Virus record (IMG/VR): IMGVR_UViG_3300022748_000181
Span: 1 to 59,688 of that record
DNA: 59,688 nucleotides
From: a virus
Lineage: Duplodnaviria > Caudoviricetes
Reading direction: 5' to 3' (one strand)
Positions 19,353 to 28,312 of this stretch are shown here, piece by piece. The notes below the pieces were generated by a model that was given only the letters and a program-made list of their open reading frames with translations, was not told the DNA's origin and made no database searches. The stretch's first letter is position 1, and every line of letters begins with the position of its first letter. Made by a program: the position numbers and the translations under genes.

Positions 19353-19638
19353 ATTGTTGGTGCCACTCATTCATTACTCTATGATAGTGCTGCTGTGCAG
19401 TTACTAAGAACACTTGCCTATCTACTTCAATTGGATTTTGGTATGCATCTTCCAAATAGATAACATCGATTGGCATAGACTTAACAAACGCCAATAGTTC
19501 CGGCGTCACTTTAAATAGCCCACCGTTGTGTGCTATGTGTAAGTCTGTTTGGATTTTTTCCCGAAGGATTTTTTTGTTTGTTTGAAAGTCCGTGGCTAAA
19601 CGAATTTCGTTAATTAGATTAGTAACTTCTGAGCTCAT
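19321..19638 (-). CDS. Hypothetical protein (105 aa)
   Basis: First ORF after the tail-fibre block; NGGLFKVTPEL...LED...NPI. Confidence 0.75.
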   Translation of the reverse strand: MSSEVTNLINEIRLATDFQTNKKILREKIQTDLHIAHNGGLFKVTPELLAFVKSMPIDVIYLEDAYQNPIEVDRQVFLVTAQQHYHRVMNEWHQQYAELKKIRKI

Positions 19639-19654
19639 AGGTAAACATAAGGAA

Positions 19655-19682
19655 ACGTAGCCTATTTTACAACAGACTACGT
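19655..19682 (-). terminator. RNA hairpin between tail-fibre block and enzyme cluster (terminator/attenuator candidate)
   Basis: Minus strand ACGTAG-TCTGTT-GTAA-AATAGG-CTACGT: 12-bp stem with two G-U pairs and a GNRA loop, followed by TTCCTTATGTTT. Confidence 0.5.
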
Positions 19683-19696
19683 GTTATGTCAATCTA

Positions 19697-20692
19697 TTAC
19701 AAAGCCGAGATAGTTACAGTGCCCCAGGTGTTACTCAAGTTGGTAGTTTCTGGGTACGAGATATCAATTGAGTTGATTACGTTTACACCAAACGAGTCAT
19801 CAAAACCAAATGTTCCAGTTGTGCCGTCTGTTCCAGAGTTGGTAGTTAATGTTAACCAGAAGTCTACGTTGGTACCGTTGTCATTATTTGATCCTTTGGT
19901 ACCGTTGACGTTAACAGCAATGGAACCAGTGTCTGCGGTATAGTTTGTAGTAGTACTGGTTACGCTAACAACAGTTACGTTAGAGTTGTATGTTGTTGTG
20001 TAGTAACCTTTTGTGGTATCGTTGGTGCCCAACGTACCGCCAGTGCCAGTGCGGCCGCCATTGGTGTTGGCTGCAAACAAACCAACTCCGCCCATGAAAC
20101 CAATTAAAGAAATGATTTCGTTTGTTCTAGCAGTTGTACTTGCGTTTTGTGTGCCCGAACAGTTTAATTTTAATCTTCCGCCGGCATTAAAGAAATAACG
20201 TGCTTGATCGGCTGATGCAAAAGCTGCACGTACACCAAATGATCGTGTCACAGATGTTCTAGCAGTGCCACCAGTTGGTGGGTTGCTGCCTGCGTTAGCA
20301 ACTGCTAATGTCCACGGAGTCGATAGTGCCGACCCGGCAGTGACAGCAGAGTTACTAGCAAAAGTAAGTCTGTTATTATATGCAGTAGTAACGTTGGCGG
20401 TTAGAAACTGTAAGTAATTAACAGTTGTACCAGCAGTCGGAGCAGAATAAATTGTATTTGACCCCGATTGGTGCTTGATTATACTGTTTAAACTGTTGAT
20501 AAGTGAAGCCCATTGGGTAGCTGTAACTGTACTAGCCACAGATACTTGACTCACTGCTGTTTGTCCATAACCAGCAGAACCGCTTCCAACTGCCCATACA
20601 GTGTTAATTGTGTTAATTGTGCTACTAGGACTTGTACCAACTATTGTGTTGTAGTCAGTAGCTTGAATTAGGCCGCCTTGCGAATATGACAT
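19697..20692 (-). CDS. Virion structural / tail-fibre-associated protein
   Basis: Thr/Ser/Gly/Asn-rich; MSYSQGGLIQATDYN, GYGQ, ARYFFNAGG; end of fibre block. Confidence 0.6.
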   Translation of the reverse strand: MSYSQGGLIQATDYNTIVGTSPSSTINTINTVWAVGSGSAGYGQTAVSQVSVASTVTATQWASLINSLNSIIKHQSGSNTIYSAPTAGTTVNYLQFLTANVTTAYNNRLTFASNSAVTAGSALSTPWTLAVANAGSNPPTGGTARTSVTRSFGVRAAFASADQARYFFNAGGRLKLNCSGTQNASTTARTNEIISLIGFMGGVGLFAANTNGGRTGTGGTLGTNDTTKGYYTTTYNSNVTVVSVTSTTTNYTADTGSIAVNVNGTKGSNNDNGTNVDFWLTLTTNSGTDGTTGTFGFDDSFGVNVINSIDISYPETTNLSNTWGTVTISAL

Positions 20693-20703
20693 TACTTGTA
20701 TCC

Positions 20704-22521
20704 TTACGAATTTAATTTTACCACGGCTTCGATTACGCCGGGGCCATTTGTTGTTTTGTGCTCTAGAGCCCTACCAATTACATTCCATGTTGTAATTTCT
20801 TCTTTTTTACCAGCTCTAGCCATACCGTTTCCTGCGCTAACCAAACGATCACCTTTGCGTACTGCGCCAACTACTTTAACTGGAACTCGTCCTTGTACTG
20901 CAATTGGGGGGTGGGTTTTGTCTGTGCCTGCACCAGAATTCATTAGATATGCTGCTTTTGTACTTATGACGCCAAAGACAGAATCGCTTAAATCTTGTCC
21001 AACTGCTGTAATTTCTTTCTCGCCGCCCATTTCAACAACTGTTCCTGCATCATATTCTGCATCTGCTTCAAAGCGTTCTGCCAAGTCGGCGTATTGTGCA
21101 TGAATAGCGGTACCATAAATGTTGTTAAACCAATTTGTACTTGAACCTAAATTAGATGCCAAATTGCTTGTTGGTACTATATTTCCCGACAATGTTATTG
21201 TGTCAACCACTGCACTGGCTGCGGTCACTACGTTCGAGTAAGTCTGAGCAAAATAACGAGTAGAAGAACCTAGTGTTGCATTTAAGTTTGCTAGCGGAGT
21301 GATGCTACGTACAATAGACATGGCATTTAAATAACCATTGTTAAAATAGTTACCAGACGATCCTAGGTCTGCTGCCACGTTTGCTGCGGGAGTAATACCT
21401 GTTAATATATTAACGGACCCAATGTAGCCATCACTAAACCAATTAGTAGACGACCCGAGAGTGGCGCCCAAGTTACCAGTAGGAGCAATATTTGCAATGG
21501 CTGTTAGATTCTTTGTGTAAACATTGTTGAAATAATAACTAGTAGTACCAACATCAATGTTGGCATTGCCCACTGGCTTGATGCCGCCGACGCCCAACGT
21601 TACACCTTGTGTACCTGTAATGCTCAATGATGTAAATTGTCCTGTGCTCGGCGTGGCGTTACCGATTGGGGTATTATTAATGGCGCTAAATTGACCTGTA
21701 CCGCCAACAGTGGCTAATTCAAGTCCGTTATATGATGAAAACCCAGTTGAGGTAAATGTTGATCCGGTTGGGATTGTGATGTTGCCAGCAATAGCTGTAG
21801 CCGTTAAGCTAGCTGTGCTAATTGATGTAGACGAAATACCGTTAACTGTAATACCACCGCCTGCATCGCGCTGAACTAGTGTACCAGCTGTGGCTGCTAC
21901 GTCTTGTGTGCTTAATACCCAACTTGGGCTAGCGGTGGTGCTAAAATTCAAACCAGCTTTGATTGTAACAAACCCAGGCATAGCTGAAGTAAATGTGTCT
22001 TTAGAGAATATAGCGTACACTACACCACTAAAACGTAATTGTATAACGATGTGGCCACCACCTGAGCTGTCAGCCATAATTACCGGGAACGCACCGGTGT
22101 CTCCTGTTGCTGCACTTGCAGCCGGTCCTACCGTAACCCAGCTGGTGCCAGAATATACTTTTAGCTGATTATTAGTTGTGTCAAACCATAAGTCGCCACC
22201 TAATGCACTTAGATCGCCCGGGGGACTATTAGCTGGCGCACTGGTTGCACCTGTACTAATTTTCCAGCTGGTACCAGAATATACTTTAAGAATGTTATTG
22301 ATCGTGTCCCACCACAACTGTCCTTTTAAGGGGTTAGGGGGTCCAGAACTGTTGGCAAAGTTTTCCAACAGTCTGACAAAATTCTCATTTAAAAACTCGC
22401 CATATCCTGCGTAGTTCTTACCAATTAAAACTAGACTAGAATGGGAGTTATCGTAGGTACCATCAGATAGCCCGCCTGGAATTAGGCTGTTTCCGTTAGT
22501 TAAATTAATTGTATACGCCAC
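20704..22521 (-). CDS. Tail fibre protein with C-terminal intramolecular-chaperone (peptidase G2/S74-like) domain
   Basis: GTG start with AAGGA RBS; N-terminal GKNYAGYGE..NENF..LLENF; (N/D)LGSS...F repeats; C-terminal YADLAERF...GVIS...GRVPVKV..GDRLV. Confidence 0.75.
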   Translation of the reverse strand: MAYTINLTNGNSLIPGGLSDGTYDNSHSSLVLIGKNYAGYGEFLNENFVRLLENFANSSGPPNPLKGQLWWDTINNILKVYSGTSWKISTGATSAPANSPPGDLSALGGDLWFDTTNNQLKVYSGTSWVTVGPAASAATGDTGAFPVIMADSSGGGHIVIQLRFSGVVYAIFSKDTFTSAMPGFVTIKAGLNFSTTASPSWVLSTQDVAATAGTLVQRDAGGGITVNGISSTSISTASLTATAIAGNITIPTGSTFTSTGFSSYNGLELATVGGTGQFSAINNTPIGNATPSTGQFTSLSITGTQGVTLGVGGIKPVGNANIDVGTTSYYFNNVYTKNLTAIANIAPTGNLGATLGSSTNWFSDGYIGSVNILTGITPAANVAADLGSSGNYFNNGYLNAMSIVRSITPLANLNATLGSSTRYFAQTYSNVVTAASAVVDTITLSGNIVPTSNLASNLGSSTNWFNNIYGTAIHAQYADLAERFEADAEYDAGTVVEMGGEKEITAVGQDLSDSVFGVISTKAAYLMNSGAGTDKTHPPIAVQGRVPVKVVGAVRKGDRLVSAGNGMARAGKKEEITTWNVIGRALEHKTTNGPGVIEAVVKLNS

Positions 22522-22559
22522 GTATTATCCTTTGATTACTTGTTATATTTATGGGTTTA

Positions 22560-24470
22560 TTACACCATCTTTTGTATGTAACACAACGAATAGAACGGAG
22601 GTCTATTATCAATGCTGGCTGGCACAGTTGCCCCTGTATTGGCTACAGTTGTTACTACTGTACCAGCTGGTGTACCTGCTGATGCTCCTGCTAAAGAGAT
22701 GCCAGTTGATGCCGATGATGTACTCTGTGTTGATGCGCTCCACCAATTGGAGTCCGGACCCGACGAGGTTCCGCCGACTAATGATAACTTTGTATAATTG
22801 TGAGTATGCCCAGGATCAGTGATAGTATGCGTATGCGAACCGAGTGCGGTTCCAGTAAACGCAGAATTCGCTGTGTGAGTGTGCGAAGGCATATTGCCCA
22901 ATGACAGTGTAGTTGTTGCTGCGCCACCGTTGGCACCAAATGCGTAAAGGTTACCTGCGCCCACAATAAATCTATCACGCAAGTCCGGAGTATTGTTTGT
23001 TCCGTCACATAGTTGGAACCCAGCTGGGATACTTGCTGCGGTACTGTTCCACATCCATATAACACCTCTTGGTACTACTGAATGCACAAACTCTGTGGTT
23101 GCAATTGCAGTGTTACTAGCCGAGCTTGGCATAGTAGTAGCAGACGATGTTATTAAGTTTGCTGATGTAAACACATTGTTTACTCCAGTTACTTGTGATA
23201 TATTGCCACCAGTTATACGTGCATTACCTGTACTTAAATTAGTAACTACCAATGTAGTAGCACTACCTGCTACTTGTGTTATAGCACCACCTGTAATAGC
23301 AACGTTCGACGAACTAAAGTTAGTTATAGAACCAGTTGTGCTGATTAATGATGTTAACCCTGTTACTGTGCCGCTGGTTGCACGAATATTACTCGTTGAT
23401 AAGTTAGTGATATCAGCTGATGTACTAGACATATTAGTTAGGCCGGACATTGACCCGCCACTAGCTGATATGCTAGATAGTACCGACAAGGTATTAACAG
23501 TTGCCGCAGTAGCACTCATTGAATTCAATTGAGTTACGTTGCCGCCTGTAATTTGTACGTTTGACGATGTAATATTACCAACTGTGCCGGTTGCTGCTGT
23601 TAAGTTAGTAACTGTTAGTGCCGATGTAGCTACTGCTGTCAATCCAGATAATGTTCCACCATTGATTGTGGCAGTGCTTGCAACTAACGAGGCAACGCTA
23701 GCTGTTGTGCCACTGATATTGCCCGTTACGTCACCCGTTACTGGGCCAATTAGTGATCCAGTTACTGTTCCGGTTACATCACCTGTTACTGGGCCAATTA
23801 GTGATCCAGTTACTTGCCCGTTTACTGTGCCAATTAAACTACCAAGCACAACGCCATGTATGTTGGCGTTAATACTGGGTCTAATTTCAGAATTAAAAGT
23901 AATACCAGAGTTGATAGTAGGGAACCCGGTTATCGGAGGGCTTGGGGTAAAATCAGAATCATTACTGACTGTAGCGATTAATACGTTACCAACCTGTAGT
24001 TTAATAATGTTATGCGTTGTGCCAATGGTAATGCCATCATTGACTGTGTCCGGGATAGCACCGCTTACACCTAATTGCTTTGTATAAATTGGGCCAACTA
24101 GCTTAAATGTACCAGCGTCCTTGATAAAAGTTTGTTCTGTTACTGTATTAAACCAAACATCACCATTGGTGGTGTTTACTGGCTGGATGCCCGCGTTAGT
24201 GATACCAGCTACCGATTTGTAACCGTTGGGTGTGAATACGTTTAGTTTCTGGTTGTATTTGTCGTACCATAGCTGCCCTTCAAGGTTAACACCCCCGGGA
24301 GCAATATTGGATGAGAAATTTTCTAGTAGATAAACTAAATTTTCGTTTAATTTTTCGCCGTAACCCACGTAGTTCGGCCCCGGTAAAGTCAAACTGGTTG
24401 TGCTATCTGCACTTCCATCAGGGATAGTAACTAGTTCTGTTCCATCACTTTTAATGATTGTATACGCCAT
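22560..24470 (-). CDS. Tail fibre protein with C-terminal tail-collar domain
   Basis: Shared N-terminal domain; VTG repeats; PRGVIWMW...IPAGFQLCDGTNNTPDLRDRFIVGAG, HTH motifs, NRPPFYSLCYIQK. Confidence 0.8.
   Translation of the reverse strand: MAYTIIKSDGTELVTIPDGSADSTTSLTLPGPNYVGYGEKLNENLVYLLENFSSNIAPGGVNLEGQLWYDKYNQKLNVFTPNGYKSVAGITNAGIQPVNTTNGDVWFNTVTEQTFIKDAGTFKLVGPIYTKQLGVSGAIPDTVNDGITIGTTHNIIKLQVGNVLIATVSNDSDFTPSPPITGFPTINSGITFNSEIRPSINANIHGVVLGSLIGTVNGQVTGSLIGPVTGDVTGTVTGSLIGPVTGDVTGNISGTTASVASLVASTATINGGTLSGLTAVATSALTVTNLTAATGTVGNITSSNVQITGGNVTQLNSMSATAATVNTLSVLSSISASGGSMSGLTNMSSTSADITNLSTSNIRATSGTVTGLTSLISTTGSITNFSSSNVAITGGAITQVAGSATTLVVTNLSTGNARITGGNISQVTGVNNVFTSANLITSSATTMPSSASNTAIATTEFVHSVVPRGVIWMWNSTAASIPAGFQLCDGTNNTPDLRDRFIVGAGNLYAFGANGGAATTTLSLGNMPSHTHTANSAFTGTALGSHTHTITDPGHTHNYTKLSLVGGTSSGPDSNWWSASTQSTSSASTGISLAGASAGTPAGTVVTTVANTGATVPASIDNRPPFYSLCYIQKMV
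23737..23814. repeat. Exact 30-nt direct repeat, 48-nt period, inside tail fibre gene
   Basis: GTTACTGGGCCAATTAGTGATCCAGTTACT at 23737-23766 and 23785-23814; encodes VTGSLIGPVT twice. Confidence 0.9.
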
Positions 24471-24514
24471 GGTTCTTGTTCTCTTTTACTTACTTATCTA
24501 AAATACAACTAATC

Positions 24515-25996
24515 TTATCCCCAGGTTATACGTATAAACCCAGATGTTCCGCTTGTACCTGCTGTACCATATTCGCCGTCTTCGCTGTAGCTGCCGCCTG
24601 TACCGCCACTGGCATAGCCCTCAACTGCTGCGCCGCCTGCACCACCACTTTGATTCCAGCCGTCCCGGTCATCGTTTACATAAGTGCCGTTTGTTCCGGG
24701 GTTAGTGCCAGTACCGCCTGTTCCGCTACCAATTCCACCACCGCCGCCGCCCGGAGCAGTCGTAGTACCAAATGATGTAGATTCTCCCGAATTACCCCCG
24801 GATCCGACGCCGCCACCGTTGCCTCCGCGCCCTACATAGTATCTTATAGTCTGACCCGGAGTAACATTTACTGTTGTATTAACCAAGTTGCCGCTGCCGC
24901 CGCCGCTGCCGGTCCATACTGGTTCTTCGTTGTCTTGACATCCTGCGCCACCACCACCACCACTGATCATGTGAAGATTCACTGAGTAGATACCCGGAGG
25001 TACAACAAACGTATAAGATTGACCGGGAGTTGATCTTTCAACCAGGCCACTAGACGGATATACCTTTTTCCACTGACCGTCGACATTTCTATAGATGTTG
25101 CTTATATTTTTCCAGTCGGGTCCAACTTTTACTTTACCCTCAATTAGCTGTTGCCAATCTACTTGTGCTGGCACTGCTGGCCCTAGCCCAACTAACCTAC
25201 CTGATGTGTTAAACGTATGTGTTATGTACCTAACTTCTTGACCATAAAAATCAATAAAGGTTTCGCCATATGTAACTGTCCCGCCCTGAAAGTATGGTTT
25301 TCCAGTAACCGATAGATATTTGAATTCTGTAATCCCGTTGGGCCCAGAAGCGTAATTCATCGACGAGCTGGTAGAATTTGCAAATCCAGATGGGATTAAA
25401 CTTTGACCTGTTCCGCCAGAGTATGCTCCACTATCTCCGCCCCTAAGCGGGCCCGCAGCGCCGCCATATGGGTAGCCGCCTCCGCCTCCGCCTCCGCCTC
25501 CGCCGTCGCCCCCTTTATCGGGTCCTTGGCCGCCAACTGGAGTATCAGTATATCCACCCGAGGTAGCTACGCCCGGTGGACCGTTGCCACCGCCACCGCC
25601 ACCGCCGCCGCCAGCAGCAACAATAAATAATTCGCCGTTATATTTTATCGAAGTAGCTGCGCCACCGGCGCCGCCCGAACCACTTGTGCCAGCAGGGCCA
25701 GAACGGCCGCCGCGACCGCCATTGAATCCATTTGAACTTGTACCTGCATATCCGCCACGGACGCCACTGCCACCGTAACCTTGTTCTCCACCGAGTCCAA
25801 TGTCAATAACAAGAGACTCGTTCAGGTTTACAGTTAATGTACCTGTAACAGTTGCTCCCGGATATCCCGGATAACCAGCAGCAGAGTCGTTACCACCTTT
25901 ACCACCGCCGCCACCTTTGACAGTTATGTCTAGGTCTGCATAAATGTGTTGGCGTGTTGTGGAAGACTTTACATACAGTCCGCGATTATATGTCAT
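24515..25996 (-). CDS. Glycine-rich tail-fibre tip / adhesin-like protein
   Basis: Two Gly-rich domains (ITVKGGGGGKGG... and VNLHMISGGGGGAG...), terminal GFIRITW. Confidence 0.7.
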   Translation of the reverse strand: MTYNRGLYVKSSTTRQHIYADLDITVKGGGGGKGGNDSAAGYPGYPGATVTGTLTVNLNESLVIDIGLGGEQGYGGSGVRGGYAGTSSNGFNGGRGGRSGPAGTSGSGGAGGAATSIKYNGELFIVAAGGGGGGGGGNGPPGVATSGGYTDTPVGGQGPDKGGDGGGGGGGGGGYPYGGAAGPLRGGDSGAYSGGTGQSLIPSGFANSTSSSMNYASGPNGITEFKYLSVTGKPYFQGGTVTYGETFIDFYGQEVRYITHTFNTSGRLVGLGPAVPAQVDWQQLIEGKVKVGPDWKNISNIYRNVDGQWKKVYPSSGLVERSTPGQSYTFVVPPGIYSVNLHMISGGGGGAGCQDNEEPVWTGSGGGSGNLVNTTVNVTPGQTIRYYVGRGGNGGGVGSGGNSGESTSFGTTTAPGGGGGGIGSGTGGTGTNPGTNGTYVNDDRDGWNQSGGAGGAAVEGYASGGTGGSYSEDGEYGTAGTSGTSGFIRITWG

Positions 25997-25999
25997 TGA

Positions 26000-27604
26000 T
26001 TATCCAATCTGGAACCAGAAGTCGCCGTTGTTACCCGCTGCACCGTTGGTACTAGAAATAACACCAGATGTATCACCGGGACCTGTTGTTGCCACAGTGT
26101 AGTTAAACTGCTTTGCTGCAATAGATGTATTCACAAAAGCTGTAGTAGCAATCATTGTACTGCTGTTACCTGCTGTAGGAGTAGGCGCCATTGGTACACC
26201 AGTTAATACTGGACTTGCTAGGTTTGCTTTCAGCGCAAGACCGTTTGCTAAGTTTACTGCGGTTGTATCTGATAACTGACTTATTCTTGACGAGTAATCT
26301 GTTGTTATTACTGCCGCAGCATTTGATACAAAACTTGTTGTTGCAATTTGTGTACTATTTGCTCCAGTCACTGGATCCGGTGCACTTGCAATTCCTGTTA
26401 AGGTTGGATTGTTAATCGGAGCCAATAACACAACAGCGTTGTTTAAATTGGTAATACTTTGTGATTGTGCTACTGCATTGGCTGTTGCTGCTGCAAACTG
26501 GGAATTTACTTGTCCGGTTAACGTAGAAATGTCAGTGTTAATAGATGACACCGCAAGATTTAAGTTTGCATTAGTAGACAGTGTAAGTGCACTAATGCTA
26601 GCACTAAGATCTTGGTTAACCTGTGTTACGTTTCCGTTGATTTGACTAATTTGAGTCTCAACAATATTGGTCAAGGTACTGTTAACTAAATCAACATAGC
26701 CTTTATTAGCAATGCCCATCTCTTTAGTGGGGGAGCCAGTTACATAAGACAACCCAGTTGAGCCATCAACTTGCACTGCACGAACGTTACCGCTAGCTCC
26801 GTTGACATACAATTCAATGTTACCATTGAAGTTCTTGTTTTGTATGTTTAAAGACTTGTTACCAAAGTAAATATTTGCATCAGTAAAAGATGCGGTACCA
26901 GTAATAGCAACGTCTTTGGTAAATGTAGTATTAGCGTCAACTCGAGCAAATACGTTGGCAAATAGGCCGCCTACGCTTACGCTGTTAGTTGCTGTACCAT
27001 TTATCATAGTACCGTTGATTAAATTTATACCTGGATTTATAGTTGTAAATCCAGTAACTGGACTTAATGGAGTAAACGCAGAAGTATACCCACTAGTGAT
27101 AGATACTACATTACCACCACTGTAGGTTACTAATACTACTCTACTATCTGAGTTGGAGTCCAATATAGTTTCAACTACAGGGCCCGATGTGCCTTGACCA
27201 GTAGAATATACTGGACCAATTAATTGCCAGCCAGTGCCAGTCCAAACTTTTAATTGACTGTTAACAGTGTCCCACCATTGGTCTCCTGTTTTTTTAATAG
27301 TAGGTGCAACATTAGCAACTGTTTGTTCGCTAACTGGAATAAAGTTAACACCGTTGTAAACATTTAATCTTTGATTACCTGTGTCCCACCATAATGTGCC
27401 TGCAATAGGAGCAAAGCCCACACTTTGTCCTGGAGGAATATTATCTGCAAAATTCTCTAATAGACGAAGAAAGTTTTCGTTTTGAATTTCGCCGTAACTA
27501 ACATAATTGCGACCAATTAATGTTAATCCAGTTTCAGTATTAGTTGTTCCGTCAAATAATTCTACTAGAACATCACCGTTAGTTTTGTTAATAATATAAC
27601 TCAT
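26000..27604 (-). CDS. Tail fibre protein
   Basis: Shared N-terminal domain (GRNYVSYGE..NENF..LLENF); coiled-coil stretch; two PxLTG..AP...ST.IATT.FV repeats; C-terminal GDFWFQ. Confidence 0.75.
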   Translation of the reverse strand: MSYIINKTNGDVLVELFDGTTNTETGLTLIGRNYVSYGEIQNENFLRLLENFADNIPPGQSVGFAPIAGTLWWDTGNQRLNVYNGVNFIPVSEQTVANVAPTIKKTGDQWWDTVNSQLKVWTGTGWQLIGPVYSTGQGTSGPVVETILDSNSDSRVVLVTYSGGNVVSITSGYTSAFTPLSPVTGFTTINPGINLINGTMINGTATNSVSVGGLFANVFARVDANTTFTKDVAITGTASFTDANIYFGNKSLNIQNKNFNGNIELYVNGASGNVRAVQVDGSTGLSYVTGSPTKEMGIANKGYVDLVNSTLTNIVETQISQINGNVTQVNQDLSASISALTLSTNANLNLAVSSINTDISTLTGQVNSQFAAATANAVAQSQSITNLNNAVVLLAPINNPTLTGIASAPDPVTGANSTQIATTSFVSNAAAVITTDYSSRISQLSDTTAVNLANGLALKANLASPVLTGVPMAPTPTAGNSSTMIATTAFVNTSIAAKQFNYTVATTGPGDTSGVISSTNGAAGNNGDFWFQIG

Positions 27605-27608
27605 TGCA

Positions 27609-28292
27609 TTATCCTATTGAACTTAGATTTGTCAATGTTTGAATACGCACTGTATAGTCAATTTGAATTAAACGGTTTAGAGCTTTTTGTACTGGGTGGA
27701 ATACCACGTGAGTTAATAATAGCCCAGTACTGGTTAGACCGACTGTGCCGTCTGTACTGTGACCACGTAGTCCTAGTTCATCAAATACATATTCTCCATC
27801 AAGGTTTTGACTGTTGTCAAATGCAGCTTGACCACTTGGCTCGCCGTAATCTAATAAGCAACTAACTAAGATGTCTGTGTACAATGCTCCAGGAATATGG
27901 GCAATGGTCATTTTGTTATTACTTGGATCCAAGTTGGCAATACTGGTATCATCAACAATTTTGCTATATGTGGGATTGTACAAATTGGTATTCTGTCCCA
28001 CTGTGTTTGTTGGTAGATAGGTAATAATACCCGTTGGGTCTACGCTAGTTCCGCCATTGCCAAACACCATCTCATATATGAAATTTTGACCTTTATTAGC
28101 GATAGAATTAGCTAGGGCTACACTAAAGTTTTCATAGTGAATGGCATTGGGCTTGTCGATAAAAACTTCGCCGGTTTCGGGGTTGAAGATTTTAATATGA
28201 CCCCTTACATATATTCCAGAGTGTTCGTCTGGTACTTTTTTCACTTGTTCCACTGTTTTTTCCTCTATTCTATCTGAATTTGTGTTTGACAT
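27609..28292 (-). CDS. Putative baseplate/tail-fibre attachment protein
   Basis: Between giant structural gene and fibres; FDELGL, THVVFHPVQK, IDYTVRI; probable start MSNTN at 28292. Confidence 0.55.
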   Translation of the reverse strand: MSNTNSDRIEEKTVEQVKKVPDEHSGIYVRGHIKIFNPETGEVFIDKPNAIHYENFSVALANSIANKGQNFIYEMVFGNGGTSVDPTGIITYLPTNTVGQNTNLYNPTYSKIVDDTSIANLDPSNNKMTIAHIPGALYTDILVSCLLDYGEPSGQAAFDNSQNLDGEYVFDELGLRGHSTDGTVGLTSTGLLLTHVVFHPVQKALNRLIQIDYTVRIQTLTNLSSIG

Positions 28293-28312
28293 ATGAGATT
28301 TATCAGTATTTA

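Noticed and set aside
25403-25778. Poly-Pro/Ala ORFs and (GCCTCC)4 microsatellite on + strand
   Set aside because: Antisense shadow of poly-Gly codons in the Gly-rich gene
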